Below, piece after piece: positions 52,901 to 64,000 of a stretch of DNA of 64,000 nucleotides. A program made the translations under genes and the position numbers. This DNA is from Eledone cirrhosa (Eukaryota). Below the pieces are notes generated by a model that did no database searches, was not told the DNA's origin, and saw only the letters and a list, made by a program, of their open reading frames with translations. The stretch lies in the NCBI GenBank assembly GCA_964016885.1, contig OZ024740.1, forward strand, positions 230,206,001-230,270,000, written 5' to 3'. How positions within the stretch are numbered: position 1 is the stretch's first letter; the number at the start of each line of letters is the position of its first letter.

Positions 52901-55113
52901 AACGATGGTGTTGGTGGTAGTGGTGATGGTGTCTGTGGTTGTGTTAACGATGGTGTTGGTGGTAGTGGTGATGGTGTGTGTGGTTGTGTTAACGATGGTG
53001 TTGGTGGTACTGGTGATGGTGGTTGTGGTTTTGTTAACGATGGTGTTGGTGGTAGTGGTGATGGTGGTTGTGGTTGTGTTAACGATGGTGTTGGTGGTAG
53101 TGGTGATGGTGTGTGTGGTTGTGTTAACGATGGTGTTGGTGGTAGTGGTAATGGTGTCTGTGGTTGTGTTAACGATGGTGTTGGTGGTAGTGGTGATGGT
53201 GTCTGTGGTTGTGTTAACGATGGTGTTGGTGGTAGTGGTGATGGTGTGTGTGGTTGTGTTAACGATGGTGTTGGTGGTAGTGGTAATGGTGTCTGTGGTT
53301 GTGTTAACGATGGTGTTGGTGGTAGTGGTGATGGTGTGTGTGGTTGTGTTAACGATGGTGTTGGTGGTAGTGGTAATGGTGTCTGTGGTTGTGTTAACGA
53401 TGGTGTTGGTGGTAGTGGTGATGGTGTCTGTGGTTGTGTTAACGATGGTGTTGGTGGTAGTGGTGATGGTGTGTGTGGTTGTGTTAACGATGGTGTTGGT
53501 GGTAGTGGTGATGGTGTCTGTGGTTGTGTTAACGATGGTGTTGGTGGTAGTGGTGATGGTGTCTGTGGTTGTGTTAACGATGGTGTTGGTGGTAGTGGTA
53601 ATGGTGTCTGTGGTTGTGTTAACGATGGTGTTGGTGGTAGTGGTGATGGTGTCTGTGGTTGTGTTAACGATGGTGTTGGTGGTAGTGGTAATGGTGTCTG
53701 TGGTTGTGTTAACGATGGTGTTGGTGGTAGTGGTGATGGTGGTTGTGGTTGTGTTAACGATGGTGTTGGTGGTAGTGGTGATGGTGTGTGTGGTTGTGTT
53801 AACGATGGTGTTGGTGGTAGTGGTAATGGTGTCTGTGGTTGTGTTAACGATGGTGTTGGTGGTAGTGGTAATGGTGTCTGTGGTTGTGTTAACGATGGTG
53901 TTGGTGGTAGTGGTGATGGTGGTTGTGGTTGTGTTAACGATGGTGTTGGTGGTAGTGGTAATGGTGTCTGTGGTTGTGTTAACGATGGTGTTGGTGGTAG
54001 TGGTAATGGTGTCTGTGGTTGTGTTAACGATGGTGTTGGTGGTAGTGGTGATGGTGTCTGTGGTTGTGTTAACGATGGTGTTGGTGGTAGTGGTGATGGT
54101 GGTTGTGGTTGTGTTAACGATGGTGTTGGTGGTAGTGGTAATGGTGTCTGTGGTTGTGTTAACGATGGTGTTGGTGCTAGTGGTGATGGTGGTTGTGGTT
54201 GTGTTAACGATGGTGTTGGTGGTAGTGGTAATGGTGTCTGTGGTTGTGTTAACGATGGTGTTGGTGGTAGTGGTGATGGTGTCTGTGGTTGTGTTAACGA
54301 TGGTGTTGGTGGTAGTGGTGATGGTGTCTGTGGTTGTGTTAACGATGGTGTTGGTGGTAGTGGTAATGGTGTCTGTGGTTGTGTTAACGATGGTGTTGGT
54401 GGTAGTGGTGATGGTGTCTGTGGTTGTGTTAACGATGGTGTTGGTGGTAGTGGTGATGGTGTCTGTGGTTGTGTTAACGATGGTGTTGGTGGTAGTGGTG
54501 ATGGTGTCTGTGGTTGTGTTAACGATGGTGTTGGTGGTAGTGGTGATGGTGTCTGTGGTTGTGTTAACGATGGTGTTGGTGGTAGTGGTGATGGTGTCTG
54601 TGGTTGTGTTAACGATGGTGTTGGTGGTAGTGGTGATGGTGTCTGTGGTTGTGTTAACGATGGTGTTGGTGGTAGTGGTGATGGTGTCTGTGGTTGTGTT
54701 AACGATGGTGTTGGTGGTAGTGGTAATGGTGTCTGTGGTTGTGTTAACGATGGTGTTGGTGGTAGTGGTGATGGTGTGTGTGGTTGTGTTAACGATGGTG
54801 TTGGTGGTAGTGGTGATGGTGGTTGTGGTTGTGTTAACGATGGTGTTGGTGGTAGTGGTGATGGTGGTAGTGGTGATGGTGGTAGTGGTGATGGTGGTAG
54901 TGGTGATGGTGGTAGTAGTGATGGTGGTAGTGGTGATGGTGGCTGTGGTTGTGTTAACGATGGTGTTGGTGGTAGTGGTGATGGTGGTAGTGGTGATGGT
55001 GGTAGTGGTGATGGTGGTAGTGGTGATGGTGGTAGTGGTGATGGTGGTAGTGGTGATGGTGGTAGTAGTGATGGTGGTAGTGGTGATGGTGGCTGTGGTT
55101 GTGTTAACGATGG
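49996..55113. repeat. 45-bp minisatellite, ~110 copies (ggtgatggtgtctgtggttgtgttaacgatggtgttggtggtagt)
   Basis: Exact 45-bp period with a single 1-nt insertion near 51998. It decays into a 15-bp subunit at the right end. Confidence 0.96.
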
Positions 55114-55671
55114 TGTAGGTTGTGATGTTGGTGATGGTGGTAGTGGTGATGGTGGTAGTGGTGATGGTGGTAGTGCTGATGGTGGTAGTGGTGATGGTGG
55201 TAGTGATAGTGACGGTGGCGGTAGTAATGGTGGTAGTGTTCAGTCTTAGTTTAGCTCTGACTGAGTAGACGACCTACGTATGGCCAAAAATGTTCCAAAC
55301 CGTTACTATCCCGGTTACAATTTGAGGGAATCTTTCGCTGCTATTTCTAGCAGGTTGTGCAGCCATGTAAACGACGCACCGTTGTTCGCTCTTCCGGGCA
55401 TGTAAAGGACGTAATGTATGTGTCGTTGACGCATGGCAGACGTGAGATCGGACAAAAGGATTTAGTGGGTCGCTGTATTGAGATAGTGGGTCGTTGTAGT
55501 TGATAGAGTAGAGATTACGGTGGGAGGAGAAATAGGGTGCTACTGAGACAGGTGTAGGGGAGAGAGAAAAGGGAGCTGTTAAGAGAGATGTAAAGGGATG
55601 AGAAAGAGAAAGGAGTTATTAAGAAAGGTGTAGAGGGAGGATAGAAAGGAGCTATTAAGAGATGTGTAGAG

Positions 55672-55766
<95 letters not shown>

Positions 55767-56320
55767 GCTTTTAAGAGAAGTGCAGAGGAGAGAGAAAGGA
55801 AGGATCTGGCGAGGAAGGTGGGGGGGGGGGCAAAAAGAAAGAATGAGCTATTGGTAGAGGCGTGGGGAGGAAGGAGAGAAATGATGAGTTAAGGAGAGAG
55901 GTGTGGGGAAGGAAAGAAAGAAAGGAAGGAAGAAAGAAGGAGCTAATGAGAGGGGTGTGGGGAGAAATAACGAGTAGAAGGAGGAGAGAGATGAGGAGTT
56001 AACGAAAGAAGGTGTGGGGTGAAGTTGATAAATAAAGAGCTATTGAAAGAGGTGTGGAGGGAGGAGATAGGAGGCAAGGTGACAAAAGAGTGGGAGAGGT
56101 AGTAGACAACTATACAGGAGAGAGAAGAGGGGGGAAACAAAAATGAGGAGGAGGAGGAGGAGGGAGAAGGAAAGGAGTGGAGAAAGAGGGGGTGGGGAGG
56201 AGGATGACGGAGAAGGAGGGAGAGGAGAAAGAGGGGCTGATGAGGGAGGAGGAGGAAGAAGAAGATGGTGATGATGGTGATGGTGATGGTGATGGTGATG
56301 ATCATGATGATGATGATGAC

Positions 56321-56361
<41 letters not shown>

Positions 56362-56733
56362 GAGGAGGAGTATAAACCAGATACGTATTGGTGTACTAGA
56401 TGATGGAGACAAAATAAAAGCAAGAAAAAAATCCTAATGAATTGAAATTTCTCTCTTAACTAGAGAAAGAAAAACAAAAACAAAACTATTATTGTTAGTG
56501 ATATACAAAGAGAAGGGGAGATAATTTCAAGAAATAAAGAATTAAAAATAGTAAATACTGATGCTTAGCCCTGAAACCCCAACCCGTCCGAAATCGTTTG
56601 TATTAAAATGATCAAATATAATTTTAAACCTTGGACTGAAATCTAAACTATAATAAAGGAAGGTCTGCGGGACTGCGTACGGTTTATTTCTTTTAATCGA
56701 GTTAGTAAAATAAGTTGGATTACTTTGAATAAA

Positions 56734-56924
56734 TAATTATTTCTACTTTTGGCACAAGCCCAGCAATTATCCCAGTACATTACTGGTACTTTATTTTATC
56801 GACCCCGTAAGGATGAAAGGCAAAGTTAACCTCGGCGGGATTTGAACTCAGACCATAAAGGGCCGTAACTCTTTGCTGCAAAGCATGGCGTCCGACCCTC
56901 TACCGATACTGTCAATCCACCGCC
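56734..56924 (-). mobile_element. SINE family 1, full length
   Basis: Very similar to 3523-3711. The head is ggcggtggattgacagtatcggtagag on the minus strand. Confidence 0.87.
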
Positions 56925-57429
56925 TCAATGAATGAATATTACATAATTTATGTACTAAATTTCGTAAACAAATAATTTCGTAAAAATAAATAATTTAAAA
57001 TTGAATTCTTTTTTAAGTTGCACTTCCAGTATATCGTTGCCACCACCACTTCAACTACCATATATATAGAAAGAGAGAGTGTGTGATGGGAGAGATAGAG
57101 TGATTATGACTTTCTACACCTGACGCGTATGATTGTGCACATACATACATCTATATTTATGAGTATCTAACTATTATGAGTATATAACTATAATCGTGCA
57201 AACTCAAACTTATAAAAATACACCCTCATGGATATAATTCACACAAATACACATACTTTCACACAAATATACATACATTCACACATATACATTTACACAA
57301 ACACACATATACAGTCATGATAGCGTTCGGTGAAGTGGAAATGGGATGGTAAAACAAGTATAACGTTTCATTTATCTATTAACTCTTTTTTTTTAAACTC
57401 ATTTAATATGGTAGTGTAAAAGCCAAACT

Positions 57430-57886
57430 TGCTGTCTTCCTGGTATTCCTGGCAACTCTTACCGAGGATCATGAATCTTGAGTAATGACCAAAAGAATAC
57501 AATTGCAAATAAAAAGCGACAGAAATGGGATTCCTCCGAAGGGTCTTTGGAGTAACGTTACTCGATAAAGTGCATAACTCAGAGACCAGAGAGTCACTCC
57601 TGTTAGAGCCGTTACTTCTCCGAATTGAGAGATCACAACTCCGATACTATGAGCATGTGGTTAGAATGTCTTAGTAAAGAATCGCTGGACACATTTTACT
57701 GGCAAAACCAACCGGCAAGCGACCCTGAACAAAGATAGTTGGATAACATCCATGAGCTTGGCTGGTCACGCTTTGGGATCCAGCTGGATCAGTTAGAGAT
57801 GTTTCCTACTGACAGACTCGCTGGAAGGAGTGTTTGAGAAGGACTCTTCCTCCACGACCCTCTCAGAAATAAGTGGATGAAGAAGA
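57430..57886 (+). mobile_element. RTE-clade (Expander/Rex3-like) LINE 3' fragment
   Basis: Translates to TEMGFLRRVFGVTLLDKVHNSETRESLLLEPLLLRIERSQLRYYEHVVRM...GKRP...LPPRP, a typical RTE C-terminus. It has stops and a gaa-type tail. Confidence 0.85.
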
Positions 57887-58088
57887 TATTGTCAATTTAT
57901 TTTTCGATTTACATATATCTATATGCATATATATTTGTGTATAATACCAATATGCACACTACACATGCTAGCAGAAAACCGCACGAGGGCGGTTTTTCTG
58001 CTAGTCTCATTAATATCGCATTAGATAATGTTAGGTTTCAATGGTTAGATATCTGTCTTAAGTTGAAAGATAGTTAGTTGAAAGTGAG

Positions 58089-58906
58089 GGCGATGGATTG
58101 GCAGAATCGCTAGAACGTCGGACAAACGACTTTGAGGTATTTAGTGACGACTTTTTATGTCCTGGCACTTTAGCTTTAAGGGACCCGCTCATACACACAC
58201 AAAAAAAAATAGAATACACAACAAACCCTCAGTTTTACATATGAAAGTGGGCTTGGTACAAGCTAATGGAATTGGAAAGTTATATATACGGGCATTAATT
58301 TTTTTAAATGTAGCCATCCTCATTGTACGTCCACTTTCCACACTGGAATGTGTCGGACAGGTTGTCACAGTCCGAGACAATGCATAACAAAGCGACCTCA
58401 TTTTGCTCATACATTCATATTTAGCGTAGTTTCTATGGCAGGATGCCCTTCCTAACATAACCACTTTAGTGTGCTTACTTGGTGCATTGTTTTTGCCATA
58501 CCAACACAACCACTTTACACAGTTGACTTGCTATAGTCTATCAAGGCACCAACATTGACAATTTACAGGATTACTGAGTGCATTTTATCGTGGCACTAGT
58601 ACTAAAGAGGTCGTCACATGCCCCTTGTCAAAAGGATAAACTAAAAAGCCCAGCAGAGGGCACAAATAAATTACTACGGCCGTCGCTGCCCTACCACCAC
58701 CACCACTCCTGTTGTGGCGAGGGGCAATTTGCCCTCCATTAAAGACCCTGCTTTACGTTCTGAGTTCTAATCCCTCCGATGTTAACTTTGCCTTTCATCA
58801 TTCTAAGTTGATAAAATAATATCCCAGTCAAGTACTGGGATCGATTTAATCGACCCCCGCCCTCACCATAAATAGCTGACCTTGTGCCTAAATTAGGGAC
58901 GATTGT
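58089..58906 (+). mobile_element. SINE family 1 split by a ~590-bp nested insertion
   Basis: Head at 58089-58162 and core/tail at 58751-58906. The insert contains a minus-strand SINE fragment (58325-58525, ggaagggcatcctgccatagaaac motif). Confidence 0.65.
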
Positions 58907-59679
58907 TAAATTGAAAGTTATTTATTTCAGTTTCTCATATTTGTTGATTGTTTTCATAATTAAAATGCAAAGACTTTGGTAGAAATGTGGTCACAGACGA
59001 GTTGACCATTTCGTTACCATATTTTAAATGAAATACACTATTCATGAGTTGTTGTTGTTGTTGTTGCTGTTGCTGTTGCTGTTGTTGTTGTTGTTCTTCT
59101 TCTTCTTCTTCTTCTTCTTCTTCTTCTTCTTCTTCTTCTTCTTCTTCTTCTTCTTCTTCTTCTTGTGCACGTTTTTACTCTTTCAGGTCATTGTCGTTCG
59201 CCTGATCGAGATCAGAGATCAGTGACTAGTTTCCAGGGTTGACCGCGTGGAAGTCTACAAACTTGAGCCCCATGTATGTGTTAAATGAATTTTGAAAATA
59301 AGTAGAAATTAATAACAATTTAGTAGAATAACTGACCTATTCCTTCTTAAGCTGGTGTTAAGAACATATCTTAACACATGGTTTTTACAGAAAATTGTGT
59401 TGGGAAGATTAAATTTAAATATGAACACTTTAAAATTAGACGTTTTTTTAAATCATAAAACTCTGGCCGGTTTCAGGCGAGTTGGTATAAAAAGGATTAA
59501 TGAGAAAATCGTAACTTTGTCAATAGAAACGTTGACTGCAATGAACATGCTTCCACTTCGTAGCACATCGTCACCTCTGTATAGTCTGCGAGAATCTGCT
59601 TAATCAGTAAACAGTTGTTTTAGCATATAGAAATAGGGTTACTAAGATTTTTGAGCAACAGTCATTATTATTTATTCAT

Positions 59680-59718
<39 letters not shown>

Positions 59719-60077
59719 TTTTATTTATATATTTATTTATTTATTTATTACTGTTTAGTCGTGGCGAGAAGGGCAGTGTCTATTATCCATTTTTAGAACT
59801 TCTGAGACCAGGCCCGAATGTTTGGATTCTGTTAACGGCACCCAAAAACTAGGTCGTTGTGTTAACTGGGCGACAGATTAAATCAACTATTCAATTACGC
59901 CTCAGTGAGATTTGAGCTCAGAATGCTAAAGGCTGGTACAAATACCACAATACATCTTGTACGAGGTTCTAAGAAATCCGCCATTACGTCATGTGAAATA
60001 AAATTGAACAAAGGGAAATAACAAATAGCGTTGGTTAAACTAAATCGTCTGCTGAAGGTAAAAGAACAACAAAATGA

Positions 60078-60292
60078 GATATTGGTTTCTATTTTAGGCA
60101 GAAGGCCAGCGATTTTGGAGGAAGGGAAAGTCAATTGCATCGACCCAGTACTTGATTGCTACTTTATTTATCGACCCCGGAAGGATGAAAGACAAAGGTG
60201 ACCTCGACGAGATTTGAACTCAGAACGTAAAGAATAGGAATCAATGCCGAAAAGCATCTCATTCGACGCTCTACCAATTTTGTCAATCTACC
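60078..60292 (-). mobile_element. SINE family 1 variant
   Basis: tatcgaccccggaaggatgaaagacaaagg.gacctcgacgagatttgaactcagaacgtaaag. Confidence 0.8.
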
Positions 60293-60386
60293 TCTTTGTG
60301 AAACACAAAGAAATAATAATAGATTTTAAAAAAGGCTGCAAGGAAACTTCCATATTGTCGTTCAACATGCTGAATATAGCAACTAA

Positions 60387-60452
<66 letters not shown>

Positions 60453-60642
60453 GCTTTCATTCATTCTTTCTCTCTTTCTATTTCTCTTTCTCTATTTCTC
60501 TCTTTCTTACTTTCACTCTTTCTTTCTCTCACTCTCTCTTTCCCTCGTGCTCTCCCTTGCTTTCTCTCTTTCTCTTTCACTCATTCTCACCATTGCTCTC
60601 TCTCTCTCACTCTCTCTCTCTCTCTCGCTCCCTCTCTCTCTT

Positions 60643-60673
<31 letters not shown>

Positions 60674-61193
60674 GTCTCTTTCTCTCATTATCTCTCTCTC
60701 TTGCTCTCTCTATATTTCTCTCACTTTCTTTCTCTATTTCACTTTTTCTCTCATTCTCTCTCTTTTCTCTCTTTCTTTCTCTCTCTCTCTCTCTCTATCT
60801 CTCTCTATCTCCCTCTCTCTCTCTCTCGCTCTCTCCCTTTCTCTCTCTTTCACTTCTTCTCTCTCTTTCTCTCCCTTTCTCTCCTTCCCCCTCCAACATA
60901 TATATCAAGTATTAGGTCATTAAGAGATATGTGTGTATTTCCCACAACAATAGTTTCTAATTTAGGTACAGTACAGCGCCAGCAATTTGTGAGTAGGAGT
61001 GGTGAGGTGAAGGTAGAAACTCGATTAAATCGACCCCAGAATTTTACTGGTACTACATTTTATTCATCCCTGAAGAATGGAAAAGCAAAGTTGACCGCGG
61101 TAGCATTTGAACTTATTGGAGTTACTCATTAACAACAACAGCAGGACAATACTTAGGAGCAAAAAGATAAGGATATATAGAATATATATATAC

Positions 61194-61230
<37 letters not shown>

Positions 61231-61298
61231 AATGAAGTAATTCCGTCGGAAAAGTCCAGGAAAAAAGAGTGCTCTATGTAGGTAACAGAGCTTAATAG

Positions 61299-61498
61299 NN
61301 NNNNNNNNNNNNNNNNNNNNNNNNNNNNNNNNNNNNNNNNNNNNNNNNNNNNNNNNNNNNNNNNNNNNNNNNNNNNNNNNNNNNNNNNNNNNNNNNNNNN
61401 NNNNNNNNNNNNNNNNNNNNNNNNNNNNNNNNNNNNNNNNNNNNNNNNNNNNNNNNNNNNNNNNNNNNNNNNNNNNNNNNNNNNNNNNNNNNNNNNNN
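61299..61498. other. Assembly gap (200 N)
   Basis: Run of N. Confidence 1.
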
Positions 61499-61541
61499 TA
61501 AAGTAGAAACAATTAAAATTGGCTGAAATGTTGTCAGTAGA

Positions 61542-61659
61542 ATGTCAGTAGAATGAACCCTTCATTCTTGCTCTTGTGTTGGCATGTAAACATTAGTGTC
61601 TGCAGTTATGTTTACATACCAACACAAGAGCAAGAATGAAGGGTTCATTCTACTGACAT
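61542..61659. repeat. ~51-bp near-perfect inverted repeat
   Basis: atgtcagtagaatgaacccttcattcttgctcttgtgttggcatgtaaaca ... tgtttacataccaacacaagagcaagaatgaagggttcattctactgacat. Confidence 0.9.
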
Positions 61660-61763
61660 GGCTTTAAAAATGAGGCTTGTTTGCATAATTGCAAACGAAT
61701 TGAATGTTATTATTAATATTCGAAAAACTCAGATTACATTTGTTGTATTCAGCCATGTAGAGC

Positions 61764-61795
<32 letters not shown>

Positions 61796-61975
61796 GTAAT
61801 AATAATAAATTTGAAGACTAAAATCCAAAGAGGGCTCGATAAGGATAAATATATATCAAATATATAAGAACCGTAGAGCAAATATTTATTAAAATAACAG
61901 ATTTTCAGAAGATCCCGTTAAGGTTGAAAGCAGCGATTCTTTGCTTAAACTTTAATCTGTTATTTTAATAAATAT
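61796..61975. mobile_element. TA-anchored repeat with an internal inverted repeat; a deleted copy lies at 34919-35007
   Basis: 61796-61838 and 61928-61969 are the reverse complements of the two halves of 34919-35007. Confidence 0.7.
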
Positions 61976-62130
61976 ATATATATGTACGGCAACACTCATC
62001 TTTTTCCACTATCAGGCTAGAAATTCCTTTAGTCTAAAATACGGTGAAAGCTTATAATTTCTAATTTCTAATTTCAAACTCGCGCACCGTTTCAAAAACA
62101 TACTTACATGTTTACGTTTATAATTTGCTT

Positions 62131-62210
<80 letters not shown>

Positions 62211-62349
62211 CGGTGCTGAGACCGAAGAGACCGCAAATCATGGGAGTACTCAATATATAGGGAGACACAGGGTGGGGTATAAAGATACTTATAATGACAC
62301 AAACCGAAACCGCTTGGCGCCGCGGTCGGGATTATACCACACTTCCTCG

Positions 62350-62411
<62 letters not shown>

Positions 62412-62465
62412 ATCTATACATGTGTGTGTGTGTGTGTGTCTCGCTCTGTGTAGATAGATAGATAT

Positions 62466-62516
<51 letters not shown>

Positions 62517-63504
62517 TTTGTCTAGGTATAAAAAAATTCTGAGTGAAGAATGGCGTATAAAATGTAGGAGAGGTGTGTAGTAGATATAGAGGAAGTGAGA
62601 TAGGTATAATATAGCCAGGCTATGAGACAAACATAGAAGACTAGCGACAGATAATAAACCTGAGAGAGAGAGAGAAGGACACAGGAATAGGGAAGAAAGT
62701 AAATAGAATGAACAGTGCTGAAGATAGAGGCGGAAGGGGGAGATGGGGGAGATGGAGGGGAGGGGGTGAGTGGGAGAGAGGAAGATGGAGAGATGTGGGG
62801 AGTGGAGGGGGAGAGGGGAGATAGGGGAAGATAGAGGGAGCGGGGTAGTTGGAGAGTGGAGAGGATGTGGAGAGGGGGGAGAGGGAGAGGGGTGGGAGAT
62901 GGGGGGAGGTGAGAGAGGTGAGAGATAGTGAAAGAGGGAGAGAGGAGAGGAGGGGAGGGAAAGAGAGATGTGGAGAGAGAGGGGGAGAGAGAGGGAAAGA
63001 GGGGAAGAGGGGGGAGGGAGAGGGGAGAGAGAGGGGGATTAGGAAAAAGAGAGAGCGTATATGTGTATGTTTGAGGGAGAGAGAGAGTCTGTATGTGAGA
63101 GAAAGACAGAGAGAAAGAGAGAGTAGGAAAGAGATATATGAGGAAATACGTGTGTGCTAACTGCACATCTTTGCATCCGTATAAAAGCAGGTGCACGTGT
63201 GCTTTTCTTAAGCTTATTTTGAAGTGCAAAGGTTGGACGTAGACATGTGGAAAAGAGCAATGGCGACCACGTGAAATTAACGGAAAGAAGTCATGTGATT
63301 ACATGCAATAATGTGGCACAAATTAATCCAGCTACAAATCTTATCTTGTTAAGTTCTCCCTATATTTTAATATGTTAATGTGTATGTATGGATATATGTA
63401 TCTAGGTATGTATGTTTGTATGTATGTATCTATCTATATATATGTATGTATGTATCTATCTATGTTTGAAATTATGTATGTATTTATGTATGTATGTATA
63501 TATG

Positions 63505-64000
63505 TCAGGTCACCAGTTGGTGCTACTGGTAACATGTATCCCAGTACAACCTGTCTCATGGTCGGGTCGTTGGCGACTAAACTGGCAACCCCACCAAGGT
63601 TTCTTGGTGAGGAGGGTGACTTTGGACATCCTGCAGGACTAAAAACAAAACCTGTCAAAGGGCAAAGGAGCTCTTAAGAGTCAATGGCCATCCAAAATCA
63701 CCGGGAGAGATGACCCCTTAGCCTTTGTCAAGGCAGAATTTTAGGAGAAGGAAAACTCTGATATAACACCTGCAACCCTGATGGTATCCAATGATGTTGA
63801 CTTGTTCTTCTTTTTGGTAAATATCATCTTGGTTAAGAGAGTGGGACTGGCTTTGTGCAGTGCCTTTGCTCACTATAAAAGCTTCACGGCACAGGCATTG
63901 CTTTATATCTGGAGATCTCTCTGCACTTGTCGTCACATGGTACCATGGGCCCAACACTATGTGTCAATAATTGTCACAAGTGTAGTCTTTGTACCAGAGT
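63505..64000 (+). mobile_element. Probable RTE-clade LINE 5' UTR (copy 2), may run off the window
   Basis: Homologous to 5568-6050. Contains aggagaaggaaaactctga, a motif I recall from RTE 5' regions. Confidence 0.6.

Noticed and set aside
49906-55249. 698, 1756 and 1041-aa ORFs as a Cys/Gly-rich structural protein gene
   Set aside because: They arise from a stop-free 45-bp satellite. The frame switches at a 1-nt indel, and there is no signal peptide, unique domain or splice context.
61542-61659. Biological significance of the inverted repeat next to the gap
   Set aside because: It lies about 45 bp from an assembly gap and could be a contig-end artefact. Listed as a feature only.
63529-63590. 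Canonical HDV-like or twister ribozyme call
   Set aside because: The P1/P1.1 elements and twister consensus nucleotides could not be placed. It is kept only as an unassigned structured block.

Overview
Eukaryotic, gene-poor, repeat-saturated window. The SINE families and microsatellite load point to an octopod cephalopod genome (inference). No host protein-coding gene is supported, and most ORFs in the track are microsatellite translations. The window holds four LINE-type retroelement types. (1) A 5'-truncated R4/Dong-like element (RT plus restriction-like endonuclease) in (CATA)n. (2) A full-length but mutated L1/Tx1-clade element (~36.85-42.87 kb, +), a 5'-truncated relative (~17.96-20.36 kb, -) and a third short 3' end, all at (TATC)n/(GATA)n tracts. 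(3) RTE-clade fragments. (4) Many Penelope-like terminal remnants beside (TA)n tracts, which carry at least six intact-core minimal hammerhead ribozymes and often form inverted repeats. It also holds many tRNA-headed SINEs, MITEs, several minisatellites (including a ~5 kb array of a 45-bp unit) and a 200-N gap. The main observation concerns the Tx1 element. ORF2 is bracketed by a consensus splice donor over the ORF1 stop and a plausible acceptor at the ORF2 stop. The splice would add a short basic peptide to ORF1, and that peptide is conserved in frame between two diverged copies. This suggests ORF2 lies inside an intron. All structures were read by eye and nothing was computed or searched.
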